Shown: piece by piece, positions 7,287-16,263 of the stretch | How positions within the stretch are numbered: the stretch's first letter is position 1 | Layout of the letters: the number at the start of each line of letters is the position of its first letter | Source of the DNA: Pirellulales bacterium | GTDB lineage: Bacteria; Planctomycetota; Planctomycetia; Pirellulales; JAICIG01 | Assembly (NCBI GenBank): GCA_040901675.1 | Contig: JBBDYJ010000009.1 | Coordinates: 1 to 44,280 of the forward strand | Reading direction: 5' to 3' | Length of the DNA stretch: 44,280 nucleotides | The notes under the pieces: model-generated | What the model was told of the DNA's origin: nothing | Databases searched by the model: none | The model's input: only the letters and a program-made list of their open reading frames with translations | Position numbers and translations under genes: made by a program

Positions 7287-8453
7287 ATGGCCAAGAGAAG
7301 ACGAACGAAGACGGCAGCCGGCGCGGCGGCCGCGAACAATAAGCCGGCGGTCGCGCTGAGCGGCCGCGACAAGAAGACGCTCTCGGACCTGCGCGGCCTG
7401 GCCGACGGCGTGGTGACGGCCGCCGAGCGGAAGCGCGAGCCGCACCTGGAGATCCCGGCCCGGGCGCTGTCGAACGTCAAGTACAACAAGACCAAGCGCT
7501 TCATCGAGATGGGCTCCAACCGCAACAAGCGGCAGTTGTTCAACGCCTCGCAGGCCAAGGCCTACATGCAGACGCTGCTGGTGGCCAGCGGTTGCAAGAA
7601 GCTGATCGACCAGGGCAAGACGACCAGCATTCGAGGTCTCTACTACCTGCTCAAGCACACGATCGAGGACACCAAGGAAGAGACGTTCGCGGAACAGGCC
7701 GAGTGCGACCCGGTCATCGAGGACGTCGAGGTCACGCTGAACAGTCTGCGCGAGGAGTTGCACGTCTACGCCTCGAACACCGGAAACCTTGTGGGGCCGC
7801 TGACGCTGGTCGACAGCGGCGACGAGATCGACTGCACGCGGATGGGTTCGGCCGGCTACAGCATCCCCTCGATCGTCGAGCCCGAAGTGATCCAGTTCCG
7901 CAAGTGCGACGCCAGGTTCATCCTGCACGTCGAAAAAGACACGGTCTGGCGGCGGTTCAACGAAGATAAGTTCTGGCGCAAGCACGATTGCCTGCTGACG
8001 CACGGAAAGGGGCAGCCGCCTCGCGGCGTGCGCCGGCTGCTGTACCGCCTGCACAACGAGCTGAAGCTGCCGGTCTACTGCCTGTTGGACAACGATCCCT
8101 GGGGGTACTACATCTACAGTGTGCTCAAGCAGGGCTCGATCAACCTGGCCTTCGAATCCAAGCGGATGGCGATCCCCGACGCAAAATACCTGGGGCTGCG
8201 CTCGATCGACTTCGTCCGCTGCGGCCTGTCGAACAGCGTGAAGATCGCGCTCAACGAGACCGATGCCAAGCGTGCCAGGCAGATTGCCGGCTACCCCTGG
8301 TTCGCGCATCACAAGGCATGGCAAAAAGAGATCCAGCAGATGCTATCGAACGGCTTCAAGCTGGAAGTCGAGTCGCTGGTTTCCAAGGACATCAGCTACG
8401 TGACCGAAGAGTACGTCCCCCAGCGCCTCCGCGAGCGCGACTGGCTCGACTAG
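7287..8453 (+). CDS. top6A: DNA topoisomerase VI subunit A (Spo11-like)
   Basis: Winged-helix RGLYY catalytic Tyr motif, TOPRIM VEKD and DNDPWG; directly downstream of top6B. Confidence 0.95.
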   Translation: MAKRRRTKTAAGAAAANNKPAVALSGRDKKTLSDLRGLADGVVTAAERKREPHLEIPARALSNVKYNKTKRFIEMGSNRNKRQLFNASQAKAYMQTLLVASGCKKLIDQGKTTSIRGLYYLLKHTIEDTKEETFAEQAECDPVIEDVEVTLNSLREELHVYASNTGNLVGPLTLVDSGDEIDCTRMGSAGYSIPSIVEPEVIQFRKCDARFILHVEKDTVWRRFNEDKFWRKHDCLLTHGKGQPPRGVRRLLYRLHNELKLPVYCLLDNDPWGYYIYSVLKQGSINLAFESKRMAIPDAKYLGLRSIDFVRCGLSNSVKIALNETDAKRARQIAGYPWFAHHKAWQKEIQQMLSNGFKLEVESLVSKDISYVTEEYVPQRLRERDWLD

Positions 8454-8455
8454 CT

Positions 8456-8672
8456 GAAGGCAGAAGGCAGAAGGACGAAGGCAGAGGGACGAACCGGAAC
8501 GCCGGGTGCCTGGGGCAAAGCGCCGGGTGCCTGGGGCAAAGCGCCGGGTGCCTGGGGCAAAGCGCTAGCGTGCCCCAGAACAGTGGTCGGTGGTCAGTGG
8601 ACAGTGGTCAGAACATCGCGTGTCCTGTTCCTTATTCGTCCTTCTGCCTTCTGCCTTCATCCCTTCTGCCTT
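8456..8672. repeat. composite intergenic repeat: inverted heptamer tracts enclosing 3x21-bp tandem REP-like units; probable bidirectional terminator
   Basis: GAAGGCAGAAGGCAGAAGGACGAA (8456-8479) is the exact reverse complement of 8635-8658; CGCCGGGTGCCTGGGGCAAAG x3 (8500-8562); hairpin CTGGGGCA...TGCCCCAG; CAGTGGT-type heptamers at 8581-8611. Lies between convergent genes. Confidence 0.85.
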
Positions 8673-8989
8673 TAAACGTCGATCACGCGTTCGCAGGCGA
8701 CGGCGGGCAGGACCATGATCTTGCCGTCGCCCATCCGCCCGGTGCGGGCCACTTCGACGATCTTGCGGACGATCTCCTCCACCCGGGCGTCGTCGGCCCA
8801 GATGGTGATCTGCACCTTGGGCAAAAAGGCCAGCGAGTATTCACTGCCGGCGTACTGGTCGAGGTAGTTCTTCTGCCGGCCGTAACCCTTGACCTCGCGC
8901 ACGCTCACTGCCTCCAGCGGCGCTCGCTTGAGCCCGTCCAGCACTTTCTCGGCCAGGTAAGGCTTGACGATAGCGACCACTTGTTTCAC
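8672..8989 (-). CDS. P-II family nitrogen regulatory protein (non-canonical C-terminus)
   Basis: AIVKP, EVKGYGRQK T-loop, FLPKV, ARTGRMGDGKI B-loop; GTG start at 8989. Confidence 0.9.
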   Translation of the reverse strand: MKQVVAIVKPYLAEKVLDGLKRAPLEAVSVREVKGYGRQKNYLDQYAGSEYSLAFLPKVQITIWADDARVEEIVRKIVEVARTGRMGDGKIMVLPAVACERVIDV

Positions 8990-9028
8990 GGCAGACAACT
9001 CCCGTCCCCACACTAACCCCGACGCGGG

Positions 9029-9062
9029 TCTCGGCGGGCTCGACCCGCCCCGAGCCCGTCGA
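9029..9062. repeat. palindromic REP-like hairpin between ferredoxin and P-II
   Basis: CTCGGCGGGCTCG ... CGAGCCCGTCGAG inverted repeat (one G-U). Confidence 0.5.
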
Positions 9063-9088
9063 GGGGCGCCAGCGAGGACCTGACCGCC

Positions 9089-9466
9089 TCAGCTAAAAAA
9101 CTTCTCGCCCGTCAGGTTCATCTCGGGTCCCGTGACCACCTCCATGTCGCCCATCACGCGCGTCCGGCAGGCCAGCCGCATCGTCTCCTCGTTGCCGATG
9201 TAGGCGAACAGGGCCGGGCCGGCCTTGAAGTTGGCCCGCTCCAGCAGTCCCATGGAGCTGGCGTTTTCCATGCCCTTGGTGATCAGCACGCGGCAGGTGC
9301 CGCAGGTGCCCAGCCCATGGCAGTTGAAGATGGCGTTCAGCCGGGCGCCGTGGCCATTGATGCCGTTGTAGAGCTGGACGCCCGCCTTGAGCGCTTCGGC
9401 CCGCAGGTTCGCTCCCTCGGGGACCTGGACCTGTTTTTTCTCTTTGACGAAGTGGACGATCGGCAT
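9089..9466 (-). CDS. 2Fe-2S ferredoxin
   Basis: NCHGLGTCGTC ... RLAC plant/adrenodoxin-type Cys pattern. Confidence 0.9.
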   Translation of the reverse strand: MPIVHFVKEKKQVQVPEGANLRAEALKAGVQLYNGINGHGARLNAIFNCHGLGTCGTCRVLITKGMENASSMGLLERANFKAGPALFAYIGNEETMRLACRTRVMGDMEVVTGPEMNLTGEKFFS

Positions 9467-9978
9467 CGAAAAAGCCCGTGCTTTCTGGATCCGTCCGCCC
9501 CGCCGGGCGGCCGAAACACGGATTTTAGTGTCTGGCCGCCCAGGCTGGAAGAACCGGGCACGAAAAATGCCCCGGACAGCCGCGCGGCGATCCCTGATCC
9601 GCCGCTCCAGACTTCCGATTGCCAGACTTCCGATTGACCGTCGGGAAACGATAGGATAGAGTTATACGTGATGACTCCACCGTAGGCAGCAGTTGAATCT
9701 CTTTGCGGAGCGCGGTGCCGCCGCACGCTCGGTCCAGGCCGCTTCCGCTGACGCCGCATGGGCGGCTCGGCCCCTTCTCTCCGCACGAAGCGCCACGCTG
9801 GTCAGACCGCTTGAATCCTTTCCGTGGTCGTGCCCGCGGTGCTCTTCCCCGCCAGGTGTTGCCTAGCGCGCATCGCTGGCAACCGTGCGACAAGCCGGTC
9901 TCGGTGCCGCCGCTTCGACTGCCGAGTTAGAAGCATGGCGCTGGACCCCAACCGTATCCACTCTTGTCGGCTGCAAAA

Positions 9979-10374
9979 ATGGATAAGAAGACGAAAAAGC
10001 GAATTGAGGTCATGCGAGAACTCCAAGAGTTGCAAAGGATGCCCGCGAGTGCCAAGGACCAGCGTGACGACGCCGATGCGGTGGCCCGCCCCCCGGCCGG
10101 GAAGCCGTGCTCGGAGACTTCGAGCATTTCGCAGTACCCCGCCGCGCGAAATGCACTGCGGCAGGCGATGGACAGCATGCATGGCCATGCTGTGTCCGCG
10201 CTGCTTGGCGACATCCACCGAATTGCCGAGAGCAAGTTCGGGTTCGAGGGGACGGTTGCGGACGCAGTTCTCGCCCTGCAAACGGATCCCGACCTGCGCC
10301 TCGAACCGGCTGACGCTCCCGAGCAAACGCGAGTGTACTTCACACAAGGTTCCGCGCGAAGCACGCCGCCCTAA
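9979..10374 (+). CDS. hypothetical protein
   Basis: ATG 9979, charged helical N-terminus MDKKTKKRIEVMRELQELQ; no recognisable domain. Confidence 0.5.
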   Translation: MDKKTKKRIEVMRELQELQRMPASAKDQRDDADAVARPPAGKPCSETSSISQYPAARNALRQAMDSMHGHAVSALLGDIHRIAESKFGFEGTVADAVLALQTDPDLRLEPADAPEQTRVYFTQGSARSTPP

Positions 10375-10629
10375 GAGCGTCAAGCCTGCGCGGCTGCGTC
10401 GATGCTCGGACCTCGTGCCCCTCTGATGCTCGACGCTTAATCCGCCGACTTCTCTCGGCTTGATCCGCGGCTGGCCTGGTTTTGGCCCGCGCTGCGCCGC
10501 CAAGACTCTGGCGAGGCGCCTGGCGTCGGTGGTCCGAAGGACCGCGACCGGTAAGAACGCGGTTCACAAGGCATTGCCTGCACCCCGAAATACCCCATGC
10601 ATTCAACCCCAATCACCCGGAACGCGAGT

Positions 10630-12333
10630 ATGTCGGATTTCGATTCCCAGGTTCAACGCGAAGTATCGCGGCGGCGAACCTTTGCCATCATCTCTCACCC
10701 GGACGCCGGCAAGACAACGCTCACCGAGAAACTGCTGCTGTTTGGCGGCTGCATCGACGTGGCCGGAGCGGTCCGCGGTCGAAAAACGCAGCGTGCCGCC
10801 ACGTCGGACTGGATGGAACTGGAGAAGCAGCGCGGAATCTCCGTGAGCTCAACCGTGCTGACCTTCGAGTTTGAAGGGCACCGGGTCAATCTGCTGGACA
10901 CGCCGGGGCACCACGACTTCAGCGAGGATACCTACCGCACGCTGATGGCGGCCGATTGTGCCGTGATGGTGATCGATCTGGCGAAAGGGATCGAAAGCCA
11001 GACCGAGAAGCTGTTCCGTGTCTGCGCTCTGCGGCGAATCCCGGTGATCACGTTCGTCAACAAGGTGGACCGTCCGGGGCGAGCTCCCTTGGCGATTCTG
11101 GCGGAGATCGAGTCGAAACTCGGCATTGATGCGGTTCCCCAGAATTGGCCTCTCGGCACGGGTCGGGACTTTGTGGGAGTTATTGACGTTGGCACGGGCA
11201 CCGCCCACCTGTTCGACGGGCGCGACGCAGACCGCCGAATCAGCTACCGGTCGGTTGAGCTCGCCGGGCTCGCGACCGTGACCGGCATCCGCGCCGATGT
11301 TGTGGCCGGTGCAGTCGACGAAACTGAATTGCTGGCGGCTGCCGGAGTGCCTTTCGATCGTGAAAGGTTCCTGGCGGGCGAACTGTCGCCTGTATTCTTC
11401 GGCAGCGCGTTGACGAATTACGGAGTCGAACACTTTTTGCGGGGATTTCTCGCCTTGTGCCCGCCACCGCATGACCGCCAGAGCGACATTGGGCAGATCA
11501 GCGCTGCGCGCCAGGAGTTCGCGGGCTTCGTGTTCAAGATCCAAGCCAACCTCGACCCTCGCCATCGGGACCGGATTGCCTTTGTCCGCGTGTGCTCCGG
11601 GCGGTTTCGACGCGACATGGAAGTTTTGCACGTCCGTTCCGGCAAAAAGATCCGCCTGCCACGGGCGCATCGCGTTTTCGGTCAAGGACGCGAAACAATG
11701 GACGAGGCCTTTCCGGGCGACATCATCGGGCTGGTCAATCCCGGCGAATTCCACCTGGGCGACACAATCTGCGAAGGCCGCTCGGTCAACTTCGCCCCCC
11801 TGCCGCAATTCTCACCCGAACACTTCGCCATCCTGCGATGCCGCGATTCCGAGCGGCGCAAGCAGTTTCAACGCGGCCTGGAGCAGTTGTTGGAGGAGGG
11901 GGCCATTCAAATGTTCTCGGATCCTGGTGCATCCCGTCGCGAGCCGATCCTCGCGGCGGTCGGCGAGTTGCAGTTCGATGTCGTGCGCTTTCGGCTGGAG
12001 ACCGAGTACGACACGTCCACGGAGATTGATTGGTTGCCGTACAAACTAGCGCGATGGGTCGACGATGATCCCGAGGGCTTGCGAGCGCTTCGCCTCCCCT
12101 ATTCATCGAAGCTGGTGCGCGACCAGTTGGGTCATCGAGCTGTCTTGCTTCGGTCCGAATGGGATGCCCAGTATGCGGAGCGGGAGAACCCGGCCCTCCG
12201 GTTCTCCACGGTGCGTGTATCTTCCTTTGCCGACCGGCGACCGGCGGCGACCGGTTCTGGCGTGGTGGAGGAGTCGCCCGTATCGGGGCTGCCGCCCGCA
12301 GACGTGGGCAGCGGCGCCGCGGCCGGCCATTAA
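10630..12333 (+). CDS. prfC: peptide chain release factor 3
   Basis: RRRTFAIISHPDAGKTTLTEKLLL, SDWMELEKQRGISV, DTPGH, NKVD, FKIQANLDPRHRDRIAF, GAIQ...AVGELQFDV are RF3 signatures. Confidence 0.95.
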   Translation: MSDFDSQVQREVSRRRTFAIISHPDAGKTTLTEKLLLFGGCIDVAGAVRGRKTQRAATSDWMELEKQRGISVSSTVLTFEFEGHRVNLLDTPGHHDFSEDTYRTLMAADCAVMVIDLAKGIESQTEKLFRVCALRRIPVITFVNKVDRPGRAPLAILAEIESKLGIDAVPQNWPLGTGRDFVGVIDVGTGTAHLFDGRDADRRISYRSVELAGLATVTGIRADVVAGAVDETELLAAAGVPFDRERFLAGELSPVFFGSALTNYGVEHFLRGFLALCPPPHDRQSDIGQISAARQEFAGFVFKIQANLDPRHRDRIAFVRVCSGRFRRDMEVLHVRSGKKIRLPRAHRVFGQGRETMDEAFPGDIIGLVNPGEFHLGDTICEGRSVNFAPLPQFSPEHFAILRCRDSERRKQFQRGLEQLLEEGAIQMFSDPGASRREPILAAVGELQFDVVRFRLETEYDTSTEIDWLPYKLARWVDDDPEGLRALRLPYSSKLVRDQLGHRAVLLRSEWDAQYAERENPALRFSTVRVSSFADRRPAATGSGVVEESPVSGLPPADVGSGAAAGH

Positions 12334-12363
12334 AACAACTTGACTGGGAATGAGATCGACTCG

Positions 12364-13710
12364 ATGAGCCAATTTGTGATGGAAGAGCCGCCGGTAGACG
12401 TGGACCTTGCCGCCGCGCCCCCTGCGGCGGGTCGCTCGATCTACTACGGATGGGTGATGTTGCCCCTGTCCATGGCAACGCTGATTGCCAGCTCGCCAGG
12501 GCAGACGTTTGGAGTCTCGGTTTTCAATGAACCGATGAGATTGTCCCTCGGTTTGAGTCACTGGCAGTTGGCGGCCGCATATATGCTGGGAACGCTGCTG
12601 GGTGCGACTCCCATCACGTACATCGGCCGCCAAATGGATCGGCACGGTCTGCGGCGCACGATGCTTGCGGTGGTGAGCCTGTTTAGCCTTGCCTGCGTGT
12701 TGACGTCATTCGTGCAGGGGTGGCTGTCGTTGGTCGTGGCGTTTTGTTTCCTGCGCATGTTGGGGCCGGGCGCGCTCGGCCTTCTCAGCGGGAACACGCT
12801 GGCGTTTTGGTTCGAACGGCGGCTCGGAATGGTCGAGGGGCTCCGTCAACTGGGAATGGCGGCGGCAATGGCCTCGATTCCCGCGATCAATCTTTGGCTG
12901 GTTTCCCATTGGGGGTGGCGAGGCGCCTACGGAATGTTAGGCGTCTGCATCTGGCTGCTGCTGGTCCCCCTGGTCGCACTGCTGTTTCGCAATCGTCCGG
13001 CCGACGTGGGCCAAGAGATCGACGGTGGAGACAAACCCGATCCGGAATCGCCCTTGAAGCCCGGCGATACGGACGCGTACTGGGGTCTCACATTAGCCGA
13101 GGCGATGCAGACGGCGGCCTTTTGGATCGTAACCAGCGGAACGGCGGTCTTTGGTCTTATCCACACGGCCGTCTTCTTCTGCATGGTGCCGATCTTTCAG
13201 GAACGCGGCCTGTCGGCCGGCGACGCGGCGGCCACGCTCACGGCATTCGCCGGATGCCTGGCGGTCATGCAGCTTGCCGGTGGAATGCTGGCCGATCGCG
13301 TGCGAGCACCCTATCTGCTGTTCGCGGGAATGGCCGGCTTGGGGATGGCAATCCTGTTGCTATTGCTCGCCGACGCCACGGCGATGGCAATTGCCGCCGG
13401 GGCAGCGCTCGGCGTGTCGCAGGGGATATTCTTCGGGGCAACGCACCCACTGTGGGCGCGTTACTTCGGCCGCCGTCACTTGGGGAAGATTCGCGGACTG
13501 TTGATCACGATCAACGTCGGCTTCTCCAGCCTGGGTCCCTTGTTTGCCGGCCTGACTCGCGACTGGCAAGGAGACTTCACCTTGGCCCTGGCAGCGTTCG
13601 CGGTTGCTCCCCTGCCGATCGCGGCTCTTTCGCTGCTGGTCGCGCCTCCAGCGCGTGAGCCTTTCCCCGATGCGTCGGACTTAACCACGGCCGATCCCTC
13701 CATCGCGTAA
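12364..13710 (+). CDS. MFS transporter
   Basis: About 12 hydrophobic helices; motif A GRQMDRHGLR and GMLADRVR; start uncertain (12340-12379). Confidence 0.9.
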   Translation: MSQFVMEEPPVDVDLAAAPPAAGRSIYYGWVMLPLSMATLIASSPGQTFGVSVFNEPMRLSLGLSHWQLAAAYMLGTLLGATPITYIGRQMDRHGLRRTMLAVVSLFSLACVLTSFVQGWLSLVVAFCFLRMLGPGALGLLSGNTLAFWFERRLGMVEGLRQLGMAAAMASIPAINLWLVSHWGWRGAYGMLGVCIWLLLVPLVALLFRNRPADVGQEIDGGDKPDPESPLKPGDTDAYWGLTLAEAMQTAAFWIVTSGTAVFGLIHTAVFFCMVPIFQERGLSAGDAAATLTAFAGCLAVMQLAGGMLADRVRAPYLLFAGMAGLGMAILLLLLADATAMAIAAGAALGVSQGIFFGATHPLWARYFGRRHLGKIRGLLITINVGFSSLGPLFAGLTRDWQGDFTLALAAFAVAPLPIAALSLLVAPPAREPFPDASDLTTADPSIA

Positions 13711-14423
13711 TGAGACATTTCATGACATTCGATGCACTTCGCTTCAATGGCGTTGGGCCTGCCACCACCGACGATTCGCCCAAGAGATTTACCAGTTGCT
13801 GCCTGTCGCTGGAGGGGAATCTGACGCTCGTGAGGGTTCAGGAGAGCACGCGGCTCGCACACTGGCGGGGCTCACCGGTGGTACGACGACTCGATTCGCC
13901 CTTCAGCAGCCTCGCACTGGATCCGCTGGAAGGAGCACCTTCGCAATTGCACGTCGATCTGCACCTTGAGGATCCGCGTTGGCTTCACCTCATCTTATGG
14001 GCGAATGGGTCGCCTCACATGCTCGCGCTATTGATCCAGGACATTCGCGGGCGCCGCGGCCTGGAGGCCGCGGGATGGTTTGCGCTTCAGCACCACCTTT
14101 CACTTCAAGCGTTTATCGCCTCCGTCCGGGCAGTACGAGAGGCAGACGAGAGCCTGCCGCTGCTGTTGACCGCCTTTCATGCCCGCCGTGCCGCAGGCTT
14201 AAGTCGCGTGGAGATGGACTGGCAACTTCTGGAATCGGTGGCGGCACGGTACGGACTGCCAAATGCACCGCCGCGGTCCGATCCGCTCAGTTCTCGGGCC
14301 GTGGGCAAGGAATTCAACGGCAACGGTCCGCATGTCGCCGGCACAACCCCTGCCTGGCGCAGCGGTCCTCGGCTCCCTGCCATCAGTCGGTTGAACCGCA
14401 GATTTCGATTCGACGACGTTTGA
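13710..14423 (+). CDS. hypothetical protein
   Basis: TAATG stop/start overlap with the MFS gene; fills the operon gap exactly; no recognisable motif. Confidence 0.55.
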   Translation: MRHFMTFDALRFNGVGPATTDDSPKRFTSCCLSLEGNLTLVRVQESTRLAHWRGSPVVRRLDSPFSSLALDPLEGAPSQLHVDLHLEDPRWLHLILWANGSPHMLALLIQDIRGRRGLEAAGWFALQHHLSLQAFIASVRAVREADESLPLLLTAFHARRAAGLSRVEMDWQLLESVAARYGLPNAPPRSDPLSSRAVGKEFNGNGPHVAGTTPAWRSGPRLPAISRLNRRFRFDDV

Positions 14424-14442
14424 CCCAGACAGGAACTCGTTC

Positions 14443-15207
14443 ATGACTGACGGCGAGCGAAAGATGAACGTGGCTAATAGCTTGTGCATCCTTCACGATT
14501 CGGACACCGACATGGGGCCGTTGATGCTCCGCAAGCGATGGTCCATTGGTTTGGAGCGCGACATATTTGAAATGACGGTGGACGGAAAGCTGATGATGTC
14601 CAGCGCGGTTGTCGTATCGGAACGCGCCCTCGCCCAACGGGCGCTTGCCTTGCTGCCGAATCAGCGCCTGCAAGTGCTGATCGGCGGTTTGGGGTTTGGC
14701 TTCACGGCTCAGGCGGCCTTGGCAGACCAGCGCGTCGGCAAACTGACCGTGATCGAGCGACTTGCTCCGGTGATCACGTGGCATCGCGCCGGCATCTTGC
14801 CCTGGTCCGCAGAGTTCATTTCCGATCCCCGATTGGGCGTCGTGATGGACGACTTCTTTGCATTCCTTGCACGCGAGGCAGAGTCATATTACGACGCCAT
14901 CCTAATCGACATCGACGATTCACCGGGCCTGCTCTGGCACAAGAGCCACGCGGCCTTCTACGGATTGCAGGGACTCGAGGCAATCCAAGAACGTCTGCTC
15001 CCGGGAGGAGCTCTCGGACTTTGGTGCGCGGCGCCTCCGGGCGAAGCGTTCGTCGACGCGGCGAAAACCATCTTCGCGGCGACCGAGTTGGTCGAGATTC
15101 ATTTCGAGAATCCGTGCCTGCGACAGCCGGAAACCAAGTACATCCTTCTGGCGACGGCGCACAAGCATGAAAGGAAACGCGATGGCCAGAGGCATCCAGT
15201 TTCGTGA
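14443..15207 (+). CDS. spermidine synthase-like SAM-dependent methyltransferase-fold protein
   Basis: LMMSS...SERALA, VLIGGLGFGFTA (SAM motif I), YDAILIDIDDSP. Confidence 0.85.
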   Translation: MTDGERKMNVANSLCILHDSDTDMGPLMLRKRWSIGLERDIFEMTVDGKLMMSSAVVVSERALAQRALALLPNQRLQVLIGGLGFGFTAQAALADQRVGKLTVIERLAPVITWHRAGILPWSAEFISDPRLGVVMDDFFAFLAREAESYYDAILIDIDDSPGLLWHKSHAAFYGLQGLEAIQERLLPGGALGLWCAAPPGEAFVDAAKTIFAATELVEIHFENPCLRQPETKYILLATAHKHERKRDGQRHPVS

Positions 15208-15225
15208 CGATCGGAGAACCTGTAC

Positions 15226-16086
15226 ATGTACCAGCCTAGCGAAGCCGACGGCAAGAGAACAGGGGTGCATCGGAAATGCCCGTTGTGCGGCCAGGACAAT
15301 CGCCGCCTGCCATGTTCCCGCTATTCACGAGTGGGATGGCGATTAAAGCACTGCCGGCAGTGTGGGCTGCTGTATCTGGAAAATGCTCCGCCGGTCGTTG
15401 CCTTGGCGGGCGAATACAGTTGGAGAATGTCTTCAAGGATCGAAAATGAGCGTCGCCTGCGTTCTCGGCCAGTATCAGGGCGAGTGCGCGCTTTGTGGAA
15501 GCGATGGCGGCGGCAATGGCTGCCGCATCGAAAAGCTGAAGCACTGATTCGTCGCTACGTGGTCGCCGGCAACTTGCTCGATGTTGGTTGCGGGAGGGGC
15601 TCTCTGTTCTTGCGCCTGCCGGGCCCAATCGTGCCGCACGGAATCGAGATTGACCCCGCCGTGATTGAGCTTGCAGAAGCTCGGGCTGCAGAGCGGGGCG
15701 GACGCGTCGTTCACGCGGACGCGCTGCGCGGTCTGAGCATGATGGCGGCGACAGAGATGTCGGGAATTGTCATGCACTCTTTCTTGGAGCACGAGATTGA
15801 GCCGCTAGTGGTGCTTCGGGAATCCCAGCGCGTATTGCGCAGTGACGGCGCGATCATCATCAAGGTTCCAAACTTCGCTTGTTGGAATCGGCGTTGGCAA
15901 GGCAAGGAATGGCCAGGGTTTCGTTTTCCAGACCATGTCAACTATTTCACACCGCCAACGCTCTCTCGGCTCGTCCTGCGGGCAGGCTTAACAATATTGC
16001 GATTTGCCTGGCATGACAAGTTGCCGTTGAGTGACAACATGTGGCTGGTGGCAGGGAGGCAACGGGTGGGCAAACTGAGAGTATGA
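15226..16086 (+). CDS. class I SAM-dependent methyltransferase with N-terminal Zn-ribbon
   Basis: CPLCG...CRQCG zinc knuckles, LLDVGCGRG, FLEH, KVPN, PDHVNYFT. Confidence 0.85.
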   Translation: MYQPSEADGKRTGVHRKCPLCGQDNRRLPCSRYSRVGWRLKHCRQCGLLYLENAPPVVALAGEYSWRMSSRIENERRLRSRPVSGRVRALWKRWRRQWLPHRKAEALIRRYVVAGNLLDVGCGRGSLFLRLPGPIVPHGIEIDPAVIELAEARAAERGGRVVHADALRGLSMMAATEMSGIVMHSFLEHEIEPLVVLRESQRVLRSDGAIIIKVPNFACWNRRWQGKEWPGFRFPDHVNYFTPPTLSRLVLRAGLTILRFAWHDKLPLSDNMWLVAGRQRVGKLRV

Positions 16087-16263
16087 CGATGCTGCGCTTA
16101 AGCAGGAAGGTGCCGTACTCAGATCCGCCGTCCAGGATCGCCGGCTGTCCGAGTCTAACGCTGCACCGCTTGTTCCAGTAAAGCATCGGCCAATGCCAGC
16201 AGTTCGGAGCGGCCTTCGACACGCGAAGCCCACGCGTCGGGAATGCCGTTCTGGCCCAGGCAA

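Noticed and set aside
8500..8562. Three identical 21-bp repeats as a CRISPR array
   Set aside because: Head-to-tail with no spacers and no cas genes; part of a REP-like element.
9690..9820. GC-rich stem (TGCGGAG/CTCCGCA) as 6S RNA or a riboswitch
   Set aside because: No recognisable conserved motif; pairing is expected at this GC content. An Rfam scan would settle it.
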